Positions 26,055 through 36,741 are shown, counted from the stretch's first letter. The stretch: 64,000 nt of DNA from an uncultured Candidatus Saccharibacteria bacterium (GCA_964361095.1 CAYHZA010000002.1:49594-113593); one strand, 5' to 3'. Numbers and translations are program-made. The notes: generated by a model not told the origin, from the sequence alone.

Positions 26055-27158
26055 CTATTTCTTGAGCTTCAGGATCAATCGTTTCTCTTCCGGCCGTATC
26101 GAGTCGATGATGAACGTATAAGTTTGACCGGCGATAAGCGCTTTTTTCATTTCTTCGATGCCTCCGAATTCGGATACGTGGATGATTCCTTGAAGACCGT
26201 CTTGGAGATTCACAACACTCCCGAAGGGATTAAACTTGTACACCTCTCCTTTAACTTCCTGACCCGCCTTGTAGATGTCTTGGACGGTATTCCATGGATC
26301 GGTTTGAAGCGCCTTCAACGAGAGAAAAACGCGTCCCTCGCGAATGTCGATGATTTTAACCTTCAACACTTCATTTATTTTTACTACTTCTTTGGGGTTT
26401 GAGATAAGGCGGTGATTGAGCTCCGAAACATGCACCATACCTTCGATTTGCGGGTTGTCGACGAATCGGACGAAAACGCCGAAGTCGGCGATTCCCGAAA
26501 CCATAACGTCAACTTCTTGGCCTACCTGATACTGCGTAAGAAGTTCTTTGATGTTCGGGGCGAGGATCTCTCGTTCGGAGACGATAAGTTTTTTCGTACG
26601 CGGATTTACGTCAATGATTTTTACGCTCAACTCCTCCCCGATGAATTTTTTGAGCTCGTCGGTAAGTTTTTGCCGGTCATTTTGGTCGATCTTCGGATAG
26701 TGATCGTTTGAAAGGCGGGAGACGGGCAAAAATGCCTTAAGATCGATAATAGTAGTCATAAGTCCGCCCGAGTTCGCGCCAACGATCTTTACCTTGATAA
26801 CCTCGCCGGATTCTTGGAGTTCTTTTATCTGTTGCCAAAGGCGCTGTTGGTCGGCCTCGGTCAAAGAGAGCTCGACATACCCGTCGTCATTTTCGAGGCA
26901 TACCACCTTCGCGGCGATACGTCCCCCGATCTCCAGCTTCTTTACGAGCTCCCGCGCGTTCAAAAGTTCCTGACCATAGACAACTCCGGTGCCATACGGA
27001 CCGAGATCAAAAAAAGCCGTTCGCGGAGCCTTGCGAATGAGTTCGGCTTCCACGACGTCGCCCTCTCTTACGTAGGAGTCGTCCCGAAGGCGCTCCTTCA
27101 AGATCTGGGCAAAAGGAGGAAGAATGGGCGTTTTTATATTGGGAATATCGTTTGGCAT
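26055..27158 (-). CDS. rpsA: 30S ribosomal protein S1-like, four S1 domains
   Basis: Repeated S1 motifs (FGVFV...EGMVHVSEL, GIIHVSE). Confidence 0.85.
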   Translation of the reverse strand: MPNDIPNIKTPILPPFAQILKERLRDDSYVREGDVVEAELIRKAPRTAFFDLGPYGTGVVYGQELLNARELVKKLEIGGRIAAKVVCLENDDGYVELSLTEADQQRLWQQIKELQESGEVIKVKIVGANSGGLMTTIIDLKAFLPVSRLSNDHYPKIDQNDRQKLTDELKKFIGEELSVKIIDVNPRTKKLIVSEREILAPNIKELLTQYQVGQEVDVMVSGIADFGVFVRFVDNPQIEGMVHVSELNHRLISNPKEVVKINEVLKVKIIDIREGRVFLSLKALQTDPWNTVQDIYKAGQEVKGEVYKFNPFGSVVNLQDGLQGIIHVSEFGGIEEMKKALIAGQTYTFIIDSIRPEEKRLILKLKK

Positions 27159-27243
27159 ACCAAGGGATTATAGGGAAAGAGCTTTTGAAATGCAAATGCG
27201 ACTGGAAATTCCTCAAAATTTCTGGTATCATAGTACTGCCCTA

Positions 27244-27807
27244 ATGATTATCCAGTACTTCGGAGAAGGATGTTTTCGCTTGCAGAGCGGTGATACCGTG
27301 CTTCTTGTCGACCCCGTGAACAATCGACAAAAAGCCGATGTCGTTCTTTCGACGCTCACCTCGACTGCCCTTCCGGATGTCGGGCAAAACGAGATCCGTT
27401 TTCCGGGCGAGTACGAAATGAAGGGAATCGAAGTATGGGGGTTTCCCGTTGCGGCAGAATCCACGGAAAAATTTTTGAAGACGATTTACTTAGTGCATTG
27501 GGAGGGAATGTCCTTTGTCTTTCTCGGGCATCTTTCGAAGGGGATGGAGCCCGAAGCTCTTGAGAAAATGAGCGAATCCGATGTGCTTTTTTTCCCGTTT
27601 GACGGAGAACATTTTTTAACCGCCGAGGCGGCCGCGAAATTAGTGAAGCAACTCGGGCCCCATGTCGCCATTCCCAGCTTTTCCAAGAACCCTTCTGAAA
27701 TCCTCAAGGCCTTTGGACAGAAAATTGCCCCGCAAGAAAAGTTGGTGTTCAAGAAAAAGGATCTCGCGGCGGATCAGGACAAAATCGTTATTTTAGAAAC
27801 AAGCTAA
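27244..27807 (+). CDS. MBL-fold protein (Lactamase_B_3-like, degenerate metal motif)
   Basis: IQYFGEGCFRL, LVDP, PGEYEMKG, FLGHL, IP motifs; HxHxDH absent. Confidence 0.75.
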   Translation: MIIQYFGEGCFRLQSGDTVLLVDPVNNRQKADVVLSTLTSTALPDVGQNEIRFPGEYEMKGIEVWGFPVAAESTEKFLKTIYLVHWEGMSFVFLGHLSKGMEPEALEKMSESDVLFFPFDGEHFLTAEAAAKLVKQLGPHVAIPSFSKNPSEILKAFGQKIAPQEKLVFKKKDLAADQDKIVILETS

Positions 27808-27812
27808 TCGTT

Positions 27813-28121
27813 ATGCGTCAAAAAACATTTCTCGAACGTTTGCAGGAGGCGCCCGAATCCGCCAAGCGGAAAACGACGGTTCTCGTAAGCGCCATCGTTA
27901 TGGTCGCTGTAATTTTTGTTTGGCTCACTTATTTTAATAATCTTTTGAGAGATACGAAGAGTCAGCCCGTGCCGGAAATTCAAGGGAGTGAGAGTTTTAC
28001 GTTCTTCCATACGATGCAAAACGGCCTCGCGGTTATTCTGGACAGTTTTGTTTCCGGTATCCGCGGCATCGGTAACGTATTCGTCGGCGGAAGAAGTTCA
28101 ACGGTAACTCCGGAACATTAG
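27813..28121 (+). CDS. Small single-TM hypothetical protein
   Basis: FLERLQEAPE...KR followed by a TM segment; directly upstream of gyrA. Confidence 0.7.
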   Translation: MRQKTFLERLQEAPESAKRKTTVLVSAIVMVAVIFVWLTYFNNLLRDTKSQPVPEIQGSESFTFFHTMQNGLAVILDSFVSGIRGIGNVFVGGRSSTVTPEH

Positions 28122-28137
28122 ATTTTTAATCGAACCA

Positions 28138-30612
28138 ATGGATAACATTGAAAAACGTGAAATTACCAGCGAGCTCCAAGAGGCGTACATCGACTATGCG
28201 ATGTCGGTCATTGTTTCGCGCGCTCTCCCGGATGTGCGCGACGGTTTGAAGCCCGTGCATCGACGTATCTTGTGGGGTATGTGGGACTCGGGTTCAACTG
28301 CCGACGCGAAGCTTAAAAAATCCGCAAATATTGTTGGTGAGGTAATGGGCAAGTACCATCCTCACGGCGATCTTTCTATCTATGACGCGCTGGTTCGGAT
28401 GGCGCAGGATTTTTCTCTGCGGTATCCCTTGGTGCAAGGTCAGGGAAATTTCGGTTCTGTTGACGGCGACAACGCCGCCGCGATGCGGTACACGGAGGTG
28501 CGTCTTGCGCGCATTGCCGACGAACTTTTGCTTGATATAGAAAAAGAAACGGTTGACTGGCAGCCGAACTACGACGGCATTCGCCTTGAGCCAAAGGTGC
28601 TCACCGCAAAGCTTCCTAATCTTCTCTTGGGCGGGAGCGTGGGAATTGCCGTGGGTATGACGACAAATATTCCTCCGCATAATTTAAGCGAAGTGGCGGA
28701 TGCGATCCTTTATTTGGTGGACAATCCGAAGGCGGGGAACGACGATCTTCTTAAATTTATAAAAGGACCCGACTTTCCCACCGGAGGGATTATTTTCGAT
28801 CGTAAGGCGATCGCGCAGGTATACGAGACTGGCCGGGGCACGATAACCATACGGGCAAAAGCGGAGATAGAAGAACGGCATGGTCGTGAAGGCAGTCGCG
28901 CGAGAGGATTCAATATTGTCGCGACCGAAATTCCTTACCAAGTGAACAAAGCCGAGTTGATCGTGAGGATCGCCGAACTGGTACAAAACAAAAAAATAGA
29001 AGGCATCCATGATTTGCGCGATGAATCCGACAAAGACGGTCTTCGCATCGTTATTGAACTTAAAAATGACGCTCCGCCTCAGAAGATCTTAAATCAGCTT
29101 TACCGCCAAACGGATCTCCAGAAAGATTTCCACGCGAATATGATCGCGTTAGTCGGCGGGATTCAGCCGCAGCTGCTCTCCTTGAAAGATATCCTCGTAT
29201 ATTATCTCGAGCATCGCACGGAGGTGGTGCGTCGGCGCGCGCAATTTGATCTGAAGAAAGCCGAAGAGCGCGCTCATATCTTGGAAGGACTCGTCAAAGC
29301 CCTTTCGGTTATTGATCGCATTATCGCGACGATCAAAAAATCAAAAGATCGCGACGAAGCGCATAAAAATTTAGTGAAGAATTTTAAGCTCAGCGATATT
29401 CAAGCGACGGCAATCCTCGAGATGCGCCTTCAGTCTCTCGCGAATCTTGAGCGGCAGAAAATCGAAGATGAACTCAAGGAAAAACTCGCCTTGATCAAAG
29501 AGTTGAATATTATTTTAAAAAACCCAGCGCGTATTTTAAAGATTATTAAAGATGAAGTGAAAGAATTAAAAGATAACTATGGCGACGAGCGAAAAACAAA
29601 GGTGGTGGCGACGGGGCTTACCGAATTCAAAGACGAGGATTTGATTCCCGAAGAGGAGGCGATCATCGCGCTCTCTTCCGGCGGCTACGTAAAGCGTCTC
29701 GCGCCGGATTCGTTTAAGAGCCAGCGCCGCGGCGGCAAGGGGCTTGTCGGTTCGGATGTTGCCGACGAGGATTTCATTACGCATTTTTTGAGCACAAAGA
29801 CGCACGACCAACTTTTGTTCTTCACGGACAGGGGAAGAGTGTTCCAAATCAAAGCGCACGAGATTCCTGCCGCAAGCCGTACCGCGAAGGGGAAAGCGAT
29901 CCACAACTTTCTCGAGCTTCCCACGAACGAGAACATAAGTGCGATTGTAAATTCTCCGAAGCTTGCTTCCGGAGATAAAAGTTCGGAGTATCTCGTCATG
30001 GTGACCCAAGATGGACTGATCAAAAAAACACCGATCGGCGAATTCCAAAATATTCGACGCTCGGGTATTATCGCCCTGGATCTTAAAAAGAATGATCTCT
30101 TGAAATGGGTCGGCATCTCGCACGGGAAAGACGAGGTGGTGCTCACGACGCGAGGCGGTCAGGCGATCCGATTCAAAGAAACACAGATTCGTTCCATGGG
30201 CCGGAGCGCCGCCGGCGTGCGCGCGATTCGTCTTCGAAGTGGCGATCATGTTGCCGGGTTTGATATAATAAAAGATAAGAAGTCGGAAAAGCAGGAAGAG
30301 CAGCCAAAGGGCGTGAACCGCTTGGTAGTGGTGATGGAAAATGGCTTCGCGAAGCAGACGGCTCTTACGCAGTATAAAGTACAGAATCGCGGCGGTTCCG
30401 GAATCAAGACTGCGAAGATTACGAAGAAAACAGGTTCCATTATTTCGAGCAAGGTAGTGCGCGAAGAAACCGAGATTTTCGCTCTCTCGGCAAAAGGCCA
30501 GGTAATTCGGACGGAACTCTCAAGTGTGCGCATGACGGGTCGCGCCGCGCAGGGTGTGCGGATCATGAATCTTAAGAGCGGTGATCGGCTGGCGGGAATC
30601 GTAATCGTTTAG
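28138..30612 (+). CDS. gyrA: DNA gyrase subunit A
   Basis: RALPDVRDGLKPVHRR, YHPHGD, AAMRYTE and GyrA-box QRRGGKG. Confidence 0.98.
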   Translation: MDNIEKREITSELQEAYIDYAMSVIVSRALPDVRDGLKPVHRRILWGMWDSGSTADAKLKKSANIVGEVMGKYHPHGDLSIYDALVRMAQDFSLRYPLVQGQGNFGSVDGDNAAAMRYTEVRLARIADELLLDIEKETVDWQPNYDGIRLEPKVLTAKLPNLLLGGSVGIAVGMTTNIPPHNLSEVADAILYLVDNPKAGNDDLLKFIKGPDFPTGGIIFDRKAIAQVYETGRGTITIRAKAEIEERHGREGSRARGFNIVATEIPYQVNKAELIVRIAELVQNKKIEGIHDLRDESDKDGLRIVIELKNDAPPQKILNQLYRQTDLQKDFHANMIALVGGIQPQLLSLKDILVYYLEHRTEVVRRRAQFDLKKAEERAHILEGLVKALSVIDRIIATIKKSKDRDEAHKNLVKNFKLSDIQATAILEMRLQSLANLERQKIEDELKEKLALIKELNIILKNPARILKIIKDEVKELKDNYGDERKTKVVATGLTEFKDEDLIPEEEAIIALSSGGYVKRLAPDSFKSQRRGGKGLVGSDVADEDFITHFLSTKTHDQLLFFTDRGRVFQIKAHEIPAASRTAKGKAIHNFLELPTNENISAIVNSPKLASGDKSSEYLVMVTQDGLIKKTPIGEFQNIRRSGIIALDLKKNDLLKWVGISHGKDEVVLTTRGGQAIRFKETQIRSMGRSAAGVRAIRLRSGDHVAGFDIIKDKKSEKQEEQPKGVNRLVVVMENGFAKQTALTQYKVQNRGGSGIKTAKITKKTGSIISSKVVREETEIFALSAKGQVIRTELSSVRMTGRAAQGVRIMNLKSGDRLAGIVIV

Positions 30613-30638
30613 AAGAATACAAGTAATATTTTTTTTAA

Positions 30639-31964
30639 ATGCCAACACTTCCGGATCTCTCGAACATTCCCCGACGGCAGGTATTTATTGTTGGAACATT
30701 TTTCGCCGCCATCATTCTTGGCGTTCTCTTGTGGTTTGGTCTTCGTCCTCCTGCCATCGACCCGAACACACAGGGAGATCTTACGATGTGGGGTGTTCTC
30801 GACGCGAATCAGATGAAAAGTTTTATCGACGAAGTACAGAGGAGTTTACCGGGCATCAAGGTGCAGTATCGAGAAGTTGATAAGGAGAGCTATGATGCAA
30901 CATTAGTGGATGCTTTAGCCGCGGGCGAGGGTCCGGATATTTTTATGGTTTCCGATCGCGATTTGCCCCGACAGATCGGGAAAATCCAGCCCCTCCTTCC
31001 CGAACAATTCGGCATTCCGCGATTGCGGGAGTTTTTCCCGGCGGTGGTAGAGGAGCAGTTCGCGGATAAGGACGGCAAGATATACGGCCTTCCTTTGTAT
31101 CTCGACACGCTTCTCCTGCTCTATAACAAAGAACTTTTTGATCAGGCCGGTATCGTGGGGCCGCCGAAGACGTGGAGCGCGTTTGAAAAAATCGTGCCGA
31201 GTTTACGTTCGGTCGGACAGAACGGAAATATCTTGCAATCGGCGGCGGCGATCGGCGGAACCAAAGAATCCATCGCGACCGCGGTTGATCTTTTAAATCT
31301 TTTAATGATCCAAGGCGGCGCTCCGATGACAAGCTTGGATCGAAGGAGGGCGCTTTTTTCCAATATGACGAGCGAAGGGGGATCAGGTCAGGCCGCTTTT
31401 GATTTTTACACAAAATTTGGCACGACGGCATCGCCGGTTTATACATGGAACGACGCGCAAGGTGACTCCATCGAAAGCTTTACCGCCGGAAAGACCGCGA
31501 TGATTTTTGACTATTGGGAGAGGATATTCGAAATTCAAAAAAAGGCGCCCTTTTTGAAGATGCGTGCTGCTTCCATGCCCCAGCTTTCAAGCACGCAATC
31601 GATAAATTATCCCCATTACTGGGCACTTACGGTATCGCGTCAGAGCCGCAAACAGATTCCGGCATGGAATTTTATTATTAAGGCGACAACCGATTCGACG
31701 CTCGCGTATAATTTTTTCAAAGTTTCTAAACTTCCTCCGGCATTAAACAGTATCATCGCTTCGGTTCCTGCGTCGTCGGAATACTACGTGCCCGTACGAC
31801 AGGCACTCACGGCGCGTTCGTGGTACGAAGTGAGCGGCCGCGAGATAGACAATATTTTTTCTCGCGCCATCTCCCGCGCCGTAACGGGGCAAGCGACTCA
31901 GTCGAAGGCGCTCAAAGAGGCCGAAGATCAAATCTCGGAATTAATGAGGACACGACGACAATAA
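30639..31964 (+). CDS. Extracellular solute-binding protein (family 1-like), membrane anchored
   Basis: LTMWGV, ALAAGEGPDIF, YGLPLYLDTLLLLYNKELF, FTAGKTAM. Confidence 0.85.
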   Translation: MPTLPDLSNIPRRQVFIVGTFFAAIILGVLLWFGLRPPAIDPNTQGDLTMWGVLDANQMKSFIDEVQRSLPGIKVQYREVDKESYDATLVDALAAGEGPDIFMVSDRDLPRQIGKIQPLLPEQFGIPRLREFFPAVVEEQFADKDGKIYGLPLYLDTLLLLYNKELFDQAGIVGPPKTWSAFEKIVPSLRSVGQNGNILQSAAAIGGTKESIATAVDLLNLLMIQGGAPMTSLDRRRALFSNMTSEGGSGQAAFDFYTKFGTTASPVYTWNDAQGDSIESFTAGKTAMIFDYWERIFEIQKKAPFLKMRAASMPQLSSTQSINYPHYWALTVSRQSRKQIPAWNFIIKATTDSTLAYNFFKVSKLPPALNSIIASVPASSEYYVPVRQALTARSWYEVSGREIDNIFSRAISRAVTGQATQSKALKEAEDQISELMRTRRQ

Positions 31965-31968
31965 CGCA

Positions 31969-32952
31969 ATGAACCGCCACACGCGATACTTCATTTTTTT
32001 CTTCGCGATTCTTCTCTTCTTTTTTGTTGTGCCGTTTGCGGCAGAGGCCGTGGGCTTTCCCTATTGGGGTACGAATCCCCCGATTCTTCCCTGCGGCTAT
32101 AGCGGTGGGCCTCCCTGTACGGATCTCTGTCAGATGGTTCAGCTAGGACAGAATGTTGTGTTTTTCGGTATGACGCTTGTTGTCTTTGCTCTCGCGCCGA
32201 TATTTATCGCGTGGGGAGGCATTGAGCTCATGATCGGAGCATCTTCTTTGGTGGATATCGGCGGTGGATCAAAAGAAAAAGTAAGTCATGGAAAAAAGAC
32301 GATCAAAAGCGCGATTGTGGGGCTCGTGCTCGCGCTTGGCGCGTTTGTAATCGTAAATACCTTTATAACATTTTTGGGAATATCGATCGGCGGAGCGGGC
32401 GGGTGGGCAAGTTTTCAATGTACCGTTCTCGAGCTTCCTCCGCCTCCCGCGCCCATAGTGCCCCCTGGGGGAATAACACCTCCTCCCGGTGTTTCTCTGG
32501 GAACCGGATGGTCGGGAGCGGTTATCCCTCCGGGAACATTGGATGACGCGACGGCACGGAATCAATTGAGGGCTGCCGGCATTGAGGTGACAAGTTCTAA
32601 CGGTTCTAATAGCAACTGCACGAGTGCGGGTCAGACGAACTGCACAAGCTTGAGCGGTTTGCCGCAATTGGCTGTTGATAACCTTATCGCTTTGAAGAGC
32701 GACTGCAAATGCGCGCTTACTGTAACCGCGGGCACCGAGGCGGGGCACGCAACACACGGCATGGGAAAGAGCATCGTTGACGTGCGCGCGGACAATAAGG
32801 TTACGTCCTATCTTCAGAATGAAATTCGTGCCGCGAATCCACATATTTCGGCGATCCTTCCCGATACGTATTATTCGATAGGCAATGAACGCTATCGTTA
32901 CGAACCCCCCGATAAGCCCGGCGAGGGACCGCACTGGCATGTCGAATTCTGA
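31969..32952 (+). CDS. TrbC/VirB2-like pilin fused by a Pro linker to a putative Zn peptidase (M15-like) domain
   Basis: GKKTIKSAIVGLVLAL pilin motif; TAGTEAGHATH...VD...HWHVE. Confidence 0.65.
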   Translation: MNRHTRYFIFFFAILLFFFVVPFAAEAVGFPYWGTNPPILPCGYSGGPPCTDLCQMVQLGQNVVFFGMTLVVFALAPIFIAWGGIELMIGASSLVDIGGGSKEKVSHGKKTIKSAIVGLVLALGAFVIVNTFITFLGISIGGAGGWASFQCTVLELPPPPAPIVPPGGITPPPGVSLGTGWSGAVIPPGTLDDATARNQLRAAGIEVTSSNGSNSNCTSAGQTNCTSLSGLPQLAVDNLIALKSDCKCALTVTAGTEAGHATHGMGKSIVDVRADNKVTSYLQNEIRAANPHISAILPDTYYSIGNERYRYEPPDKPGEGPHWHVEF

Positions 32953-32994
32953 TTCCCCGCGTGGAAGGGCATATGATAGAATATAGATACGATT

Positions 32995-33372
32995 ATGTAT
33001 AAATTATTTTTTACGATTGCCTCAGGAGTTCTTCCTTTCACCTCTCGCGTGTTTGCGAGTAGTTCCAGCGGACCGACTTCCGGCGGACCGGTTGGAGGAG
33101 GTAGTAATACGGAAATTACAATTCCAAACCCCTTAGGAAGCGAAAGTTTTCTCGATATTGCCCAGCGAATAATTGATGCATTATTTCGCATCTCCATTCC
33201 CATCGCGGCGATTATGGTTCTCGTGGGTGGGTTTCAGATCATGACCGCGGGTGGAGATCCAAAAAAAGTTACGAACGGCAGAAACACGCTCATTTACGCC
33301 GCGATCGGTTTCGCGGTGGTTTTGCTCGCGAGCTCGGTTGCCGCGGTTGTTCAGAGTGTGTTAAAACCATAG
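32995..33372 (+). CDS. TrbC/VirB2-like pilin
   Basis: IPNPLG; GGFQIMTAGGDPKKVTNGRNTLIYAAIG. Confidence 0.85.
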   Translation: MYKLFFTIASGVLPFTSRVFASSSSGPTSGGPVGGGSNTEITIPNPLGSESFLDIAQRIIDALFRISIPIAAIMVLVGGFQIMTAGGDPKKVTNGRNTLIYAAIGFAVVLLASSVAAVVQSVLKP

Positions 33373-33378
33373 AAACCT

Positions 33379-33741
33379 ATGAGAGAAAATTTTTTGAAAT
33401 ATTCACCGGAGCTCATCGCTGTTTTATTTGTGCTCTTCACCTTCGCGCGTTTCGTGGGAGCGGCGCCGCTTTTGAATGATGTTACTGATGTAGAGAAACT
33501 CCTCTGCCGGATTTTTGGCTATGTATTCACCATCTTCATAATTTTGAGTTTGATTATGACGCTCTGGGCGGCGTTTCTTTATCTTACCGCCGGAGGCGAG
33601 CCGGAAAAGATAAAAACCGCGGGGAGGACGCTTATGTATGTCGCGGTCGCCGTTGCGGTCGCTTTAATTGCGAGGGGATTCCCGCGGATTATTTTGAGTT
33701 TATTCCCTAGCGGCAATCCTCAGCAGTTGATTGGGTGTTAG
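33379..33741 (+). CDS. TrbC/VirB2-like pilin
   Basis: AAFLYLTAGGEPEKIKTAGRTLMYVAV. Confidence 0.85.
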   Translation: MRENFLKYSPELIAVLFVLFTFARFVGAAPLLNDVTDVEKLLCRIFGYVFTIFIILSLIMTLWAAFLYLTAGGEPEKIKTAGRTLMYVAVAVAVALIARGFPRIILSLFPSGNPQQLIGC

Positions 33742-33808
33742 CGTTTTTTATGGAATATCGTATAATGAAGCCAAGCTTAAAAGGTCGAAATTATAACTTT
33801 TTTGAAGC

Positions 33809-34201
33809 ATGTATACTATGAAAAAACGACTCATTCAAATTGCCGGTCCGGTTATCGCAACAATGATCGGGCTTTCACCGGTTTTATCGAGCGCGCAAAC
33901 GCAAGACGTACCTCAGGCTCCTATTACCGATGTGCGTGGTGTTTTTGACTTTCTCTGTGGAATATTCGGATTGTTTTTCACGCTCTTTATTATCGCCTCG
34001 ATTATTTTGGTGCTTTGGGCGGCATTTAAGTATTTGACCGCAGGTGGAGATCCGGAAAAGGTAAAGAGCGCAAACCATTCGTTAATTTATGCCGCGGTAG
34101 CGGTTGTGGTGGCGCTTTTGTCTCGTGGATTTCCATTTATCATCAACTCCCTTTTCTCGGGAGGCGGTGGAGGCGGTGGTCTGACGAGTGCGTGTTCTTA
34201 A
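33809..34201 (+). CDS. TrbC/VirB2-like pilin, candidate major subunit
   Basis: AAFKYLTAGGDPEKVKSANHSLIYAAV; own TATAAT and AAAGGTCGA leader. Confidence 0.85.
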   Translation: MYTMKKRLIQIAGPVIATMIGLSPVLSSAQTQDVPQAPITDVRGVFDFLCGIFGLFFTLFIIASIILVLWAAFKYLTAGGDPEKVKSANHSLIYAAVAVVVALLSRGFPFIINSLFSGGGGGGGLTSACS

Positions 34202-34304
34202 ATTTATTTTAGGTTTTTGACAAAGAAAAAAGACCCTCGGGAGATGTTCTTCCCGGGGGTCTTTTGCTTGACCCTTTTACATTACTCCACAAGGAGACGC
34301 CGGG

Positions 34305-35570
34305 TCATGAGCTTCTCCTCATTGAGGTTTGAGAGGGGTTGTCTCCCAAGAGATCGTCGCGGAGTCCGCGGATCTCCACATCTTCGGGTCCCAGGTTCAA
34401 AATAGAAAACTCAGGACCTATATCCTTCCCGTTTTCCGGAAAGTCGATGTAGTCGGTGCCCTTCGCACCTCTTATTCTTATGGTCGCGTTGGGCTTAACT
34501 CCTCCTTCCTCGCTTACTTTTACAAAGAACAAATGGCTTCCCCCGTTGAAGCGCAGGCACTCGCCGGCGCGCACGGTGAAAAGAATTTCCGGACGCATTG
34601 ATATATCCGTGTCTTCGGAATCGTCGCAGTTTCGCTTCTCCGAATCTTCCAAGGTTACTGTCGGATGCGCTCTCCGGTCTCGGAGTACGTCAGACATCAT
34701 CAGAGGAGATTCTCCAAAAGAAGCATTTTCTTCTGGAGCTTCGAGTGAGACTATCGCAGTAATGGGTACATCACCCAACGGACAAATGCGGAATTCACTA
34801 AGAGGAATTCCGACACGTGTTTCTCGAGCTGTTCTTCCGGGTTTTTCTTCCCAGAGAGTATCGTGCGGACCCACGTATCTTTTCCGCCCGTTCCAATACC
34901 ACTCGACGTATCCCACTCGCGGCTCCACCTTGATTTTAAGGTAAGGGCGCGCATTGGGATGAGATGCATCGTGGTAGAGAAGCGATATTGTGCCACTACA
35001 CGTGAAGGGAGAAACATTGATTGTCTTTGTTTCGTTCACGGCAATCAAGGTGTTCGTTTCTCCTGTGGGCCACTTTTCGAGATCGCGTCCTCTCCACTCG
35101 AGCTTCACCCACTCGGGAATGATTGTGCCGCCGAGCGCCGCATAGCCCAGAAGAGCTATGACGCACGCGACGAACGCAATCTTTCCCCAGCTGAAGTTCC
35201 AGCTTATGACACCTCTCTTTTCTTTCCCGTCCTCCGCCTTTCCCTCTTCGGCAAGGAGCTTTGCGCGCCTATATCGAAAGAGTATCGTGCCGACGAAGAG
35301 GAAAAGAATAATCCCACCGAACAAAAATCCCAAGACCCAAGAGAGCACATTGTATCTCCAAACAAAGAAGATGATGCTTATCGCTCCCGCGATAAGAAAA
35401 AAAATCATCCCTTTTGACGTCCCCGCTGGTTTCGCCTTTTGCTGTGGTTTGGCAGTACTCTGCTGTTGGGTTTTGCTCTGACGTTGAATGACGCGATATA
35501 TCCACGTCACGGAGAACATGATGATTGTCACCGAAATGACAATCCCCGTAATCCACATGAAATTATTCAC
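34305..35570 (-). CDS. Hypothetical membrane protein with a large extracellular domain
   Basis: About four N-terminal TM segments; coupled to the upstream SPFH gene. Confidence 0.65.
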   Translation of the reverse strand: MNNFMWITGIVISVTIIMFSVTWIYRVIQRQSKTQQQSTAKPQQKAKPAGTSKGMIFFLIAGAISIIFFVWRYNVLSWVLGFLFGGIILFLFVGTILFRYRRAKLLAEEGKAEDGKEKRGVISWNFSWGKIAFVACVIALLGYAALGGTIIPEWVKLEWRGRDLEKWPTGETNTLIAVNETKTINVSPFTCSGTISLLYHDASHPNARPYLKIKVEPRVGYVEWYWNGRKRYVGPHDTLWEEKPGRTARETRVGIPLSEFRICPLGDVPITAIVSLEAPEENASFGESPLMMSDVLRDRRAHPTVTLEDSEKRNCDDSEDTDISMRPEILFTVRAGECLRFNGGSHLFFVKVSEEGGVKPNATIRIRGAKGTDYIDFPENGKDIGPEFSILNLGPEDVEIRGLRDDLLGDNPSQTSMRRSS

Positions 35571-36586
35571 GATTTGTTTCCTCCAAGGAGAGACTTCAGG
35601 ATGTCACCGATAGGAGATGAAACAAGAACGGTGTTCCCCGCGCCTGCGGCTGTTTTTTCAAGTGCCTCGGCGGCGAGGTTCTCTTGCTCCTGTCCCGGTT
35701 TCCAGATTACATCTCTGCGCTTACGTTCCGCATCGGCCTTGAGCTGCATCGCCTCGGCTATTCCCTCGGCTTCGATGATGGTTCGTCTTTTTTCTTGTTT
35801 AGTCTTGAATTCGAGAGTCGCGGCTTCTTCGTGTTCTTTGGCAAGTTTGCCCGAGAGCGCATAGTCCCGCACCTCGAGTTTGACCACCTCGACGCCGTAA
35901 TCTCTTTTGAATTCATCGAAGATCGCTGCGAGAGACGGATTCGCGGCGCTGATGTCCCCTTTCTGGGTTTCATCATAGCTGTTGGATTTGACGTAGTCTC
36001 GTATGATCGGCTGGGTTCGAAGGAGAACTGCGTCAAGCCATCGGTGTACCTTGAAAAGCGCCTTGTGGGGATTCACGATGCGAATCGTGAGGACATATTT
36101 TACGTCTACTTGAAGCAGGTCTGATGTTTCGGCACCCGTTAATACGTCCGTGTACGGGGTGTGCTTCACGTAAACATGCCGCAACATCTCGTTGTGATAT
36201 TCGTCCACGTCTTGGAGTATGCCCCCTACCTCTTTCTTTTTTGTGGTGACCCACGTGAAACGGTAAGCGTACACTTCATGGAATGGAGGAAAACCAATCC
36301 ATCTGATGTGTTCGAGCCATCCCCCAAAGAGATGATGCTTCAATTTAGTGGTCAGTGTTGATGGGGAGCTTGTGCATACAACTTCCCCATCTTTATCGAG
36401 CTCGAATCCCTGGTAGTTCATGATGGCCCTCAAGAACTTGCCGTTCTTGAGGATTGCTCTCGCGCTCCCTTCCTGGACTGTTGTCCAGAACATGTGAACG
36501 CTTGCGAGTGCCGCGATGAGCAATGCCGAACCGTAGAGAAGAACGATCATGGTGACCGCAACAACTACTACAATAGCGATGAACAT
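35567..36586 (-). CDS. SPFH/Band 7 domain protein
   Basis: N-terminal TM, TTVQEGSARA, DYGVEVVKLEVRD, IIEAEGIAEA. Confidence 0.75.
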   Translation of the reverse strand: MFIAIVVVVAVTMIVLLYGSALLIAALASVHMFWTTVQEGSARAILKNGKFLRAIMNYQGFELDKDGEVVCTSSPSTLTTKLKHHLFGGWLEHIRWIGFPPFHEVYAYRFTWVTTKKKEVGGILQDVDEYHNEMLRHVYVKHTPYTDVLTGAETSDLLQVDVKYVLTIRIVNPHKALFKVHRWLDAVLLRTQPIIRDYVKSNSYDETQKGDISAANPSLAAIFDEFKRDYGVEVVKLEVRDYALSGKLAKEHEEAATLEFKTKQEKRRTIIEAEGIAEAMQLKADAERKRRDVIWKPGQEQENLAAEALEKTAAGAGNTVLVSSPIGDILKSLLGGNKS

Positions 36587-36741
36587 CTCTGCTCCTTATG
36601 TGAAAGTTATTCGTTCCGATATTCGGTTATAAATGAGCTTTGGCGTCGAGACCTATTCTCGGCCAATTGTGAATAAACTACCATAAATACTACTCTTTGT
36701 CAAATCAAAAAAAGCTGGTATACTAGGTATATGTCAGGTCT

